Shown in pieces: positions 1 to 8,682 of a stretch of DNA of 64,000 nt. The DNA lies in the IMG/VR virus record IMGVR_UViG_3300044675_005052, one strand, 5' to 3'. Origin of the DNA: a virus (taxonomy: Duplodnaviria; Caudoviricetes). Each line of letters opens with the position of its first letter. Within the stretch, counting starts at the first letter, position 1. The notes beneath the pieces are model-generated. The model made no database searches, was not told the origin of the DNA, and worked only from the letters and a program-made list of their open reading frames with translations. The translations under genes were made by a program, and so were the position numbers.

Positions 1-2
1 GT

Positions 3-173
3 GGTGATTATCCGCGTCCAGGTGATGGACCACGTAACCCGCTTACAGGTGGGGGTTCAATGTTACGTGGACCTATTGATAAAATTACATATAATGGGAC
101 AGTGTCACCGGAATATCAAGGTTATACCGTACACAAAGATGGTAGACCATTTTGTTTTATACCAAACAGATAA
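3..173 (+). CDS. 3' end of hypothetical protein (partial, frame 3)
   Basis: Open frame GDYPRPGDGPRNPLTGG...FCFIPNR* with natural codon usage, ending just before a terminator; preferred over listed ORF 1..189. Confidence 0.65.
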   Translation, partial: GDYPRPGDGPRNPLTGGGSMLRGPIDKITYNGTVSPEYQGYTVHKDGRPFCFIPNR

Positions 174-187
174 TTATCACAAAAATT

Positions 188-217
188 AACCCCACCTTTT
201 ATAGTGGGTTTTTTTTT
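188..217. terminator. Intrinsic terminator between convergent genes
   Basis: cccac-N8-gtggg hairpin followed by T-run. Confidence 0.7.
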
Positions 218-578
218 ATGATTCATCTACATTTGTTGCAACGATATTGAATCCACCTACTCTTCTATATTCAGCATCCGGTAATCCCACATCCATCCAT
301 TCTTGTGAGTATTTGTTTCTTGTGTCATCATAAACTTCCATATCATAACATTCATCAAATGTTAAATCGTAAGCTTCTTCACCATAAACATCTTCATTGT
401 CAGATGCCCAATCATAATTTCTGTAAACATTATCTCTTAAATATTCTAAAAGGTCTTGTTCTGTTTCCCCCTCGAATGGTGGTTCACATTGTTTAAGTTT
501 TTCGATGTTAACTTCGATTGGTTGTGAGGCCTCCCATACGGTATATCTCTCACATTTTCTTACATAAATTTTTTCCAT
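216..578 (-). CDS. Hypothetical acidic protein
   Basis: 120 aa ORF with ATG and A-rich leader. Confidence 0.7.
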   Translation of the reverse strand: MEKIYVRKCERYTVWEASQPIEVNIEKLKQCEPPFEGETEQDLLEYLRDNVYRNYDWASDNEDVYGEEAYDLTFDECYDMEVYDDTRNKYSQEWMDVGLPDAEYRRVGGFNIVATNVDES

Positions 579-649
579 AATATTTTTTTATTTAATAATA
601 CGAGTTATTTTTGTTATGGTCAAATTAATAATGTTAGATATTTATCTAT

Positions 650-964
650 ATGGATAGAAAGAAACGACTTATCTTTAAATATTTTGATATGACCTATAAG
701 GGTTATAAGAAACACGGAAGACGACCGGTGAATATGACATCACCCCACGTTTTATTTGAATATAAGAATGATGATGGTCGTATCGCTTTTGAATATAATA
801 CGGAAAAAGATGAAATAAGATTTGATTATGGGGATTTAAATACCGCTAAAAATATGTTTGGCATTTTTATAGCTGATTTGGCGGACATCTGTAAAGAATA
901 TGTTGCCTATAAATTAGATGAACCTAAAGCTTCTTACTCAATATTTATTCCTAAAAACTACTAA
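650..964 (+). CDS. Hypothetical protein, member of local paralog family (with 6115, 8311, 10772)
   Basis: ATATTTAT at 638-645; K-Y-(F/L)-D/S N-terminal pattern and similar C-terminal helix. Confidence 0.7.
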   Translation: MDRKKRLIFKYFDMTYKGYKKHGRRPVNMTSPHVLFEYKNDDGRIAFEYNTEKDEIRFDYGDLNTAKNMFGIFIADLADICKEYVAYKLDEPKASYSIFIPKNY

Positions 965-965
965 T

Positions 966-2012
966 ATGAAAATTAAAGTTACCGAATATCAAATTAATTT
1001 ATATCATAATAAGTTAATTAATGAAGTTACCCGTTCTTTCGATTATTCGGAAGAGAATCCAACTTATGATTATAAATCAATTGAGGTTATCCCTAATGAT
1101 AAATTTAGTACTGAAAATTTCAGAGTATTTTTTAATGGTACCCAATTTGGACAAACCGAATATAAAAAACCAAATCAAAGTGATAAGGTATGGTTTGATG
1201 GGCCTAACGGTATCTTTGAATTTGATAGGAATGATGTTCACGTAAGTAAAACTAATTCCCCTTTTATTTTTAGTAATAAATTAACTTCTAAACAACTTGA
1301 CCTTTTTCATGGATTAATTGACTCATCTAAAACCAACATTAAACAGGAAATAAAACCTTACCAAATCCGTAAGGCTTTGGAATTGGCATTTTCACCGGAT
1401 AATAATGGTCCGGGTAAATGGAATAACGAAGATAAAATATTTTCTGCTGGTGTCAGAGGTATTTATACCATTGGTGAAAAATTGGGTAATGATGATGATT
1501 GGTCTATCCTAAATTATTTTGACACAAAAACAGAAATCCAAAACATGATAAACCAAAGATATTCTAAATCAGATAGTGATTTGGATATTGTTAATTGGTT
1601 GGCTAATGAATTTAGAGAAAATTCTGACTTTATTGAACCTTTGGTTGAACGTCAATGGCAATCAATTGAAAATGGTTATAAAAGTGAGGAATTGGCTAAA
1701 GAATTACTTAATGGTGATGATGTTACTTTTTATCCTTCTGGTTCTAAAATGGATAGATATGAAGGTGTTGACGTAACAATTGATGGTATCAACTATCAAA
1801 TAAAACCATTAATTTCATATGCTGGTAAAAAAGAAGGTCCTTATTTTATTAAAACTTATGGTATGAGAGATTATAAGAACAAATCATTGGTTGATAAAAT
1901 TTTATTTGTTAACCCTAATAAAATTTTAATATTTGATAATAACAATTATACCCATAATTTTAATACCGCCGTATTTACAGAATTTCCTACTAAAATAATT
2001 AATGTAGATTAA
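966..2012 (+). CDS. Leader-bearing (MKIKVTE) putative virion-internal protein
   Basis: Start reassigned to ATG 966 after TAA-T-ATG junction; leader motif. Confidence 0.7.
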   Translation: MKIKVTEYQINLYHNKLINEVTRSFDYSEENPTYDYKSIEVIPNDKFSTENFRVFFNGTQFGQTEYKKPNQSDKVWFDGPNGIFEFDRNDVHVSKTNSPFIFSNKLTSKQLDLFHGLIDSSKTNIKQEIKPYQIRKALELAFSPDNNGPGKWNNEDKIFSAGVRGIYTIGEKLGNDDDWSILNYFDTKTEIQNMINQRYSKSDSDLDIVNWLANEFRENSDFIEPLVERQWQSIENGYKSEELAKELLNGDDVTFYPSGSKMDRYEGVDVTIDGINYQIKPLISYAGKKEGPYFIKTYGMRDYKNKSLVDKILFVNPNKILIFDNNNYTHNFNTAVFTEFPTKIINVD

Positions 2013-2013
2013 T

Positions 2014-2331
2014 ATGAGAATAATAATCACAGAAAGACAGAATAAAATGTTGATGGAGAATATTCCAGCGGCACTTCGTAGAAGATTTAACTACGATGAG
2101 CTTAAAGGTCATTTAGATTTTATTATGGAGAATTATAATCCTTGTGATTATAGTACATTAGGAGATTTTATTGGTGAGATGTGTGATATGTTAGTATTGG
2201 ATTTGATTGACGATTACTATTATGAAAATGGTGGAAAGATTGATTCTAAAACTAAAGACGATTTATATTATTTTATGGTAGATAATTTTGCCGACTACCT
2301 CCAAGAAATTTACGATAAACAATGTGCCTAA
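2014..2331 (+). CDS. Leader-bearing (MRIIITE) acidic protein, paralog of the 6686 module
   Basis: Shared RR...PCDY...F.D.I/L...Y...C pattern. Confidence 0.75.
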   Translation: MRIIITERQNKMLMENIPAALRRRFNYDELKGHLDFIMENYNPCDYSTLGDFIGEMCDMLVLDLIDDYYYENGGKIDSKTKDDLYYFMVDNFADYLQEIYDKQCA

Positions 2332-2336
2332 TTAAT

Positions 2337-2358
2337 CCACCATAACCGGTGGTTTTTT
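2337..2358 (+). terminator. Repeated terminator ccaccataaccggtgg, copy 1
   Basis: Hairpin plus T-run; same sequence at 3634 and 4210. Confidence 0.8.
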
Positions 2359-2397
2359 ATTTTTGGATATATTTATATATAAAACACAAAAAAAAAT

Positions 2398-2736
2398 ATG
2401 AAAAAAGTTGTAAGATTAACTGAAAACGACTTAAATCGTTTGGTTAAAAAAGTGATAATAGAAGGAAAATCAAATCCTAAAAAATTAAAAGAATACTTCA
2501 ATTATGAGGATAATCGTGGAAAAAATTTTGGGTATTTTGATAAAATGTCCTCACAATTAGGAAAATTTGTTATGACATCAGTTTCAATTATTGGGAGAGA
2601 AAAGACCGCAGAATTACTTTCATCTGTTGCCGAAATGATTAATTATGCTAATAACGATGATGAGAGCAGTCAATCTGATTATAGACAATTGGATATAACA
2701 TCGGATATTATGGATTTTTTGTCTGAAATCGAATAA
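2398..2736 (+). CDS. Leader-bearing (MKKVVRLTE) hypothetical protein
   Basis: ATATTTAT at 2369-2376; leader motif. Confidence 0.75.
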   Translation: MKKVVRLTENDLNRLVKKVIIEGKSNPKKLKEYFNYEDNRGKNFGYFDKMSSQLGKFVMTSVSIIGREKTAELLSSVAEMINYANNDDESSQSDYRQLDITSDIMDFLSEIE

Positions 2737-2754
2737 TTAATATACTATTGAAAA

Positions 2755-2779
2755 CCCACCTTAATTGGTGGGTTTTTTT
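2755..2779 (+). terminator. Intrinsic terminator
   Basis: cccacc-ttaatt-ggtggg plus T-run. Confidence 0.8.
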
Positions 2780-2834
2780 ATGTCTTTCCGTCCCTTTTTT
2801 TGGAAGTGTGATATATTTATATTAAAAAGATATT

Positions 2835-3626
2835 ATGAAACATATATTAAATAATTTGACTGAACAGGAAAAACAAGCAATTCTTGAACAGCACAAAGGG
2901 GGAATGAAAGTTGTAAACGAAAATTTCTCAAAATTAATTAAAGCCACACTTGGGGATGCAAAACCATTGGTTAGCGAACAATCTGATGACCAAAATACTC
3001 ATAGATATGACAAAGGGGAACAAAGTCCGGGAATTGAAAAGTTTTTGAGTAACCCATCTGATGAAAAAATTTCAACAGGATTATTAAATCAATTGAGAAA
3101 TGACCCTTTTGGTAAAGGAAAAATTGTTATCATCTTCAATGGTGAGAAATTTAAAGAGCCGGGTTCATTTTTGTTTAAAATTCAATCAGATTCTAAAGCA
3201 GGTAAATGTTATGAGATAACTAATTATGATTATAATAATCGTTTTATTTTAAATACTCAAATTAAAATTACCGCAAATGGTGTTGAATGTAAAAAACAAA
3301 ATTCACCGGTAAAAATTACCGGAGGTACTGGTAATAACCAAACAAAACCTACTCCAACACCTAAACCAAAAAAGTTTTGTAAAGCTAAACTACTAAAACC
3401 TAATTCATTTGCGGATGTGAGTCCTAACCGAATAAAACAACTCCAACAATTCTGTTCACGAAATAAAAAACTTTGGTTTAAACAATATTCTGATGGTACT
3501 ACCGGAGTTTGTACATCAAAAGACATTGATGGTAAAATAGGATGTTGTACTCTAACTTGTATGGAAATTTTAGAACGAAAAAAAGTAGGTCCACCACCTT
3601 CTTCTTCTCCAACAGTTAATAACTAA
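2835..3626 (+). CDS. Leader-bearing protein with Cys-rich peptidoglycan-binding-like C-terminus
   Basis: NLTEQEKQAILEQH leader; IKQLQQF...DGKIG..T motif. Confidence 0.65.
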   Translation: MKHILNNLTEQEKQAILEQHKGGMKVVNENFSKLIKATLGDAKPLVSEQSDDQNTHRYDKGEQSPGIEKFLSNPSDEKISTGLLNQLRNDPFGKGKIVIIFNGEKFKEPGSFLFKIQSDSKAGKCYEITNYDYNNRFILNTQIKITANGVECKKQNSPVKITGGTGNNQTKPTPTPKPKKFCKAKLLKPNSFADVSPNRIKQLQQFCSRNKKLWFKQYSDGTTGVCTSKDIDGKIGCCTLTCMEILERKKVGPPPSSSPTVNN

Positions 3627-3633
3627 ATAATAA

Positions 3634-3657
3634 CCCACCATAACCGGTGGGTTTTTT
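3634..3657 (+). terminator. Repeated terminator, copy 2
   Basis: cccaccataaccggtggg plus T-run. Confidence 0.8.
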
Positions 3658-3697
3658 GTTTGGAATGATTATTGATATTTATAATAAAAAAGATGTT

Positions 3698-4201
3698 ATG
3701 AAAAAAATTATGTTATTATTGCTTTTGGTTTTTACATTAGGTTTATCATCTTGTGGTAATTATCAAAATGTTTCATCTCAACCAAGAATAACACATATCT
3801 TGGCCGTTAATGAATTGGGACAACAAGTTCAAGTTCCATTATCTACCTTTTCAAACCAATTAGACCCGTATTATTATAATAATTGGAGATTTTATTGGGG
3901 AAATAATTGGTATTATGGATATAATTGGTGGGTTTATTTTGATGACCCATATTGGAGACCACGAATTCATAATTATTATTATTCATATCCGGTGTATTAT
4001 AATAATGGATATAGAGTTGCAAGAAATAATGGTTATCGAGGTAGAGAGTATCGTAGAGATGAAACACCTTCAGTTAGACCTCAACAAGGTGGAAGAACTG
4101 AAACTCCGTCAGTTAGACCTCAACGAGAATATAGACCTGAAACACCTTCGGTTAGACCACAAAGTGGTGGACGAGGAACATCATCAGGAAGAAGAGGTTA
4201 A
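3698..4201 (+). CDS. Lipoprotein with Y/W/N-rich core and ETPSVRPQ repeats
   Basis: Lipobox LGLSSC; start reassigned to ATG 3698 after ATATTTAT 3675-3682. Confidence 0.75.
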   Translation: MKKIMLLLLLVFTLGLSSCGNYQNVSSQPRITHILAVNELGQQVQVPLSTFSNQLDPYYYNNWRFYWGNNWYYGYNWWVYFDDPYWRPRIHNYYYSYPVYYNNGYRVARNNGYRGREYRRDETPSVRPQQGGRTETPSVRPQREYRPETPSVRPQSGGRGTSSGRRG

Positions 4202-4209
4202 TATTAAAT

Positions 4210-4237
4210 CCCACCATAACCGGTGGGTTTTTATTTT
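4210..4237 (+). terminator. Repeated terminator, copy 3
   Basis: cccaccataaccggtggg plus T-run. Confidence 0.8.
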
Positions 4238-4254
4238 TCCGTATATTTATTGAT

Positions 4255-4566
4255 ATGAGAAAGACATTAAGATTAACCGAACGTGAGTTAACAAATTTAA
4301 TTAAAAAAATTTTAAAAGAAGATTCAGTTGATACTTCTTGTTGGAAAGAATACAAAAGCCCATTTCCTGGTGACCCATACAAATATAGAATTGGTGCTGA
4401 ATGCCTTTGGGAAACTAAAAGTGATGAAACAAAAACACAAACAGGTAAAAAAATACCTGATTGGATTTCGTTATATAAAAATGAAAAAGCCAATACTAAA
4501 CTTAATAAATGGTTTCCTAATGCCAAGTCGGACTGTTCAAAATGTAAAAGTAAAAAAAAGAAATAA
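4255..4566 (+). CDS. Leader-bearing (MRKTLRLTE) basic Cys-containing protein
   Basis: ATATTTAT at 4243-4250; leader motif. Confidence 0.75.
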   Translation: MRKTLRLTERELTNLIKKILKEDSVDTSCWKEYKSPFPGDPYKYRIGAECLWETKSDETKTQTGKKIPDWISLYKNEKANTKLNKWFPNAKSDCSKCKSKKKK

Positions 4567-4586
4567 TATTCGCCAATTAAAAAAAT

Positions 4587-5051
4587 ATGAAAAAGATTAT
4601 AAAATTAACGGAGTCAGATTTAAGACAAATAATTAAGAGAGTTATCAATGAACAATTTGATTATGATTACTATGATATTATATTAGACTTATATAATGAA
4701 GTTGGTATTGAAGGTATGACTGATGATGAAGTTGAATACTTAAAAAGTGGTGGTCAAAGCAACATCCCTGATAGATTTTTGGGTGGTGATGCGGATATTG
4801 AAGATGAGGAAGAAGAAGAGTTTGAAAAAACAGGTCTTGACACATTTAAAGAAATTATGGAATCTAATAGACATAAGGTTGTGGATACCGCACCTGATGG
4901 TAAATTAAGAATCGTATTTAAAGAATCACCGGAACTTATTGAAGACCTTTCAAACATTATACCGGAATCGTTATTGGAAGTTAAACAAGGATATATCATT
5001 ATCATTGTTCCACAGAATTGGACTGATGATATTTTTGGAGAAGAAATATAA
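4587..5051 (+). CDS. Leader-bearing (MKKIIKLTE) acidic protein
   Basis: Leader motif ...VINE; D/E-rich. Confidence 0.75.
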   Translation: MKKIIKLTESDLRQIIKRVINEQFDYDYYDIILDLYNEVGIEGMTDDEVEYLKSGGQSNIPDRFLGGDADIEDEEEEEFEKTGLDTFKEIMESNRHKVVDTAPDGKLRIVFKESPELIEDLSNIIPESLLEVKQGYIIIIVPQNWTDDIFGEEI

Positions 5052-5054
5052 ATT

Positions 5055-5084
5055 AAAACCCCTCTTTAAACGGAGGGGTTTTTT
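5055..5084. terminator. Bidirectional terminator
   Basis: aaaacccctc...ggaggggtttt between convergent genes. Confidence 0.8.
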
Positions 5085-6073
5085 GTTCCATTTTGTATAA
5101 TGTCTTCAACGATTGCCTTTGGCATAAACTCAGTGTCAAAGGTTCCCTTTATACCATTCTCAATAACATCATCAATCTCATCTGGCCACCTAACGTGAAC
5201 AAGATTGGTTTTAGGGTCGGTGTAATGACATACTTTTGTTTCCTTAACACCATTATCAATAACATCATCAATCATTTTGGTATAACTATTGGATTTATTT
5301 TCTTTCATCCATTCAATGGTTGACAGAATATCTCCATCTTTACCGGGTGTTTTTGTTTCTTTCACACCATTTTTAATAACACCCTCAACCCAACTTTTAT
5401 TTTCGTTATCATTAAATTGTGTCAACTTCACCCCATTTTGAATGGTGTCTTCAATAACTAAAGAACCATCTATTCGTAATGATTTATTAGTTTCCTTCAC
5501 CCCATTTTCAATTATATTTTTAACTGTGAGTTGTTTATGTCCTTGATTAAACATAGTTTCCTTCACACCCTTTTCAATTGCATCATCAATATTGTTGCAT
5601 TGGTGCCAACCAATCTCTGTGTGTCTCACACCATTCTCAATAATATTTTCTGCGGTCAATCTACTACGTTTTTCAGAGGTAATAGTTTCCTTCACCCCAT
5701 TTTGAATGGTGTCTTCAACCTTCATTGATTGGAATAACATTACATTGCTGGACGTTTCTTTTACTCCATCTTGGATGATGTCATCAACTTCACCTTCTGT
5801 AATGTTTCTTTCCAAAATGGTGTCTTTAACCTTATTTATTAAATTATCTTCCACCCATTTGGTTATGTAATGTTGATTATCCACAACATCCATTGAGGTT
5901 AAACTAAATAATTCTTTGAAGAAGTTGTAATTATACCATAAGGTTTTGCTTTCGGTTAATTCAATCACCCATTGTTTGGATTCACTAAATATTAACCAAG
6001 TAGACCCATTGTGGGTGTAAGTATCCACACCTTTTGTCCAATTGTTAATTAATAAGTTGATTATTTTCTCCAT
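5066..6073 (-). CDS. Repeat protein with about 11 (I/V)xDxIxNGVKET cores
   Basis: Repeats visible in translation; TATATTTG on minus strand at 6078-6085. Confidence 0.8.
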   Translation of the reverse strand: MEKIINLLINNWTKGVDTYTHNGSTWLIFSESKQWVIELTESKTLWYNYNFFKELFSLTSMDVVDNQHYITKWVEDNLINKVKDTILERNITEGEVDDIIQDGVKETSSNVMLFQSMKVEDTIQNGVKETITSEKRSRLTAENIIENGVRHTEIGWHQCNNIDDAIEKGVKETMFNQGHKQLTVKNIIENGVKETNKSLRIDGSLVIEDTIQNGVKLTQFNDNENKSWVEGVIKNGVKETKTPGKDGDILSTIEWMKENKSNSYTKMIDDVIDNGVKETKVCHYTDPKTNLVHVRWPDEIDDVIENGIKGTFDTEFMPKAIVEDIIQNGTKNPSV

Positions 6074-6114
6074 AAAGCAAATATAACGAATTATTTCTAT
6101 AGTTTCAAATATTT

Positions 6115-6441
6115 ATGGAAATGAAGTTTATAATAACAGAATCAAAACGAGAAGAACTTATTGACAAGTATTTATCAAAAGAATATGGTGGTCTAAAAAG
6201 AGGTGAGAGTAAAAATCATCCGGACCTTGTTTATTTTGTAAGAGACGCTGACCATAATTTAACAGGAAAAGATATTGTGTTTCATTATACTAAAGATAAT
6301 CAAGGAGCAGTAATTCCTTGGGAAATGGTTAGAGATGTTGAAATATTTACCGGTGATGAGTGGGATGCAAAACAATTAGTTAAGAAGTGGTTAAAAAAAA
6401 CTTATGGGATTGACCCGGTTAAGTTATTTAGAAAATTTTAA
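6115..6441 (+). CDS. Leader-bearing (MKFIITE) paralog-family protein
   Basis: ATATTTAT 6109-6116; likely start 6121; KKWLKKTYG C-terminal motif. Confidence 0.75.
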   Translation: MEMKFIITESKREELIDKYLSKEYGGLKRGESKNHPDLVYFVRDADHNLTGKDIVFHYTKDNQGAVIPWEMVRDVEIFTGDEWDAKQLVKKWLKKTYGIDPVKLFRKF

Positions 6442-6442
6442 A

Positions 6443-7261
6443 ATGAACAAAAGATTAGAATATTCATCTCTTATTAAGAAATTAATTTCTTGCGAAAGTC
6501 GTGAGCAATTATCCGACACTATTAAAGAAATTAATGAATTTAATAAAAAATATTCTATTACCCCAAGGTCGGAAGAATTTAAAAAATTTGAAATTGTTAT
6601 TGGAATAATGAGAGTTAAATTAAAACGTAAACACGATATTATAGAAAACCAATTGAGGAGTCAAAAACAAAATAACAAAACTAATATGAAAATAATTATA
6701 ACTGAAAGTCAGTATAAAATATTGGAAATGAATGCTTCAATTAAAAGAAGATTAAAAGGTGTTCAAATATTTTTGGATAATTTGATGGAAACCATGTATC
6801 CGTGTGATTACGATGACGAATATTCTTTTATGAGTGGAGTAATCTCGGAGGCCAGAACATATTTTGACGATGTTGATGATTTTCAAGGAATGGATAAAAG
6901 TGATTTTTTAGAAACATTAGAAACTCATTTTGAAGATGAAATTTACAACTACTATTTGGAACGTTGTTCTGATGAAGAAATGAATGAAGATTTAGGGAGA
7001 TGGTTTAAAGAGAAATGGGTAGATGTTAGTAAAAAAGTTAAAGGGAAACATCCACCTTGTGGACGAAAGGATGCTGATGGGAAAGCTTATCCAAAATGTA
7101 GACCATCAAAAAAAGTTTCAAAGGAAACTCCAAAAATTGCATCATCATACGATAAGGAAGATAAAAAGAAAATGACTCAACAAAAAAGAAGAGCAGAAAA
7201 GAAAGACCCAAAGATAGGGACAGGAAATAAACCAACAATGACAAGTTACAAAAAGAAATGA
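6443..7261 (+). CDS. Multi-module protein with internal MKIIITE leader (6686) and basic Cys-containing C-terminal domain
   Basis: Start reassigned to ATG 6443; C-terminal LGRWFKEKWVDV...CGR...YPKCRP module. Confidence 0.7.
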   Translation: MNKRLEYSSLIKKLISCESREQLSDTIKEINEFNKKYSITPRSEEFKKFEIVIGIMRVKLKRKHDIIENQLRSQKQNNKTNMKIIITESQYKILEMNASIKRRLKGVQIFLDNLMETMYPCDYDDEYSFMSGVISEARTYFDDVDDFQGMDKSDFLETLETHFEDEIYNYYLERCSDEEMNEDLGRWFKEKWVDVSKKVKGKHPPCGRKDADGKAYPKCRPSKKVSKETPKIASSYDKEDKKKMTQQKRRAEKKDPKIGTGNKPTMTSYKKK

Positions 7262-7935
7262 AAATAATAATTACAGAATCTCAGTATCGTCAATTATTTG
7301 AGCAACCTGATGAAAAATCAGATACTCAATATAATAAAGAATTAATGAGAAAAAATAATAAATCTGTATCATTAGATAATTTGTCTTTTGACGATGTTGT
7401 TGACGTTATTTCAGGAATAATAGACGGAGTGCCGGGAATCGGTAATTTAATATCGGCAGGAATTGATGTGTCTCACGCATTGTCCTATGGGGTTAGATTT
7501 TTTTACGCAAAAAATGATGATGAAAAACTTGAAATGGCGACATTAGGTGTTGTTACTTTAGGTGCAGCAGCATTACCGGTTGCGGGTAATGCGTTACCTA
7601 TTATGGCTAGACAAGGTGTCAAATCGGTTTTACGTAAAACTCCGGAAGAAATATTATTAATTGGGAAAAAATTAGGGATTTATAAGCAAACCGTGCTTCT
7701 TTTATCAAAAACCAAATGGAAGTATAATATAATATTAGTATTAGCTAAAATATTTGGATATGAAATGATTGAATCTTTAACTAAAGTTGTTAAATATGTT
7801 AGGGATTTAATGTTAAAAATAAATAATTCCGATATAAAACGAGCTTTAAAATCTTTACTTGAACTATTAGACGATATTTTAAGTGACGTTAATAGTATTA
7901 ATACAGCAATAAAAATTTCAAAAAACTTAAAATAA
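7258..7935 (+). CDS. Leader-bearing (MKIIITESQY) protein with hydrophobic helices
   Basis: Leader; G/A-rich hydrophobic segment GVVTLGAAALPVAG. Confidence 0.75.
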   Translation: MKIIITESQYRQLFEQPDEKSDTQYNKELMRKNNKSVSLDNLSFDDVVDVISGIIDGVPGIGNLISAGIDVSHALSYGVRFFYAKNDDEKLEMATLGVVTLGAAALPVAGNALPIMARQGVKSVLRKTPEEILLIGKKLGIYKQTVLLLSKTKWKYNIILVLAKIFGYEMIESLTKVVKYVRDLMLKINNSDIKRALKSLLELLDDILSDVNSINTAIKISKNLK

Positions 7936-7937
7936 AT

Positions 7938-8309
7938 ATGAAAATAATAATTACAGAATCTCAGTACAATAAACTATTCAACAATTTGGATGATAGTTTT
8001 TATGGTTCAGTTGAGGAAACCAACTTTGTTGTTGGTGACTTATTAACTGAAGCCGAATACCAAGGAAGAAAAGTTAAACTTGGAAAAATCATGCAAGGTG
8101 ATGTTAAAAAATTCAAAGTGTATGTTAAGAACGATAAAGGAAATGTTGTTAAGGTAAACTTTGGCTTTGGTGGTAAATCTGCGAAAGGAAAAAGAATGAC
8201 CATTAAAAAAAATAATCCGGAAAGAAGAAAATCTTTTAGAGCCCGTCACAATTGTGATAATCCAGGACCACGTTGGAAAGCGAGATATTGGGCTTGTAGA
8301 ACTTGGTAA
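7938..8309 (+). CDS. Leader-bearing basic protein, RRKSFRARHNC-type phage family
   Basis: Leader; NPERRKSFRARHNC...RYWAC motif recalled from other phage hypotheticals. Confidence 0.7.
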   Translation: MKIIITESQYNKLFNNLDDSFYGSVEETNFVVGDLLTEAEYQGRKVKLGKIMQGDVKKFKVYVKNDKGNVVKVNFGFGGKSAKGKRMTIKKNNPERRKSFRARHNCDNPGPRWKARYWACRTW

Positions 8310-8310
8310 C

Positions 8311-8682
8311 ATGGATGTAAAAATTAAATACGATAAATTATATTCCGTCTTTGAAAAGTTGATGGAACCGTATTCTAATTTGGACCACACCGAAAAATCG
8401 TATGATTATTGGGTTCAAGAAAAAGGAGGGTATGTTGATTTTGATGTTTTAAATTTTTATCACGATATAGAAAACGACTTTGAAGATGATGATTGGGTTA
8501 TGCAATATCAAATTGACGAAGGTGATGTGGGTGATAAAGATAATTTACCAATACTACGATACGGAGAGCATTATTCATTCCCAAATATAGAAACAATGTT
8601 TAATCAATATTTTGATGATTTACTCAAAGATTGGTTTGAAAAAACATATGGATTTGAAGTTAAGACAATTCAGAAACATTAA
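8311..8682 (+). CDS. Acidic paralog-family protein
   Basis: Start reassigned to ATG 8311; C-terminal KDWFEKTYGFEVKT. Confidence 0.7.
   Translation: MDVKIKYDKLYSVFEKLMEPYSNLDHTEKSYDYWVQEKGGYVDFDVLNFYHDIENDFEDDDWVMQYQIDEGDVGDKDNLPILRYGEHYSFPNIETMFNQYFDDLLKDWFEKTYGFEVKTIQKH

Noticed and set aside
1-189. Listed frame-1 ORF (62 aa)
   Set aside because: Frame 3 (3..173) gives a more natural protein ending before the terminator
5066-6073. Diversity-generating retroelement target
   Set aside because: No reverse transcriptase or TR/VR pair with adenine-specific differences is visible in the window
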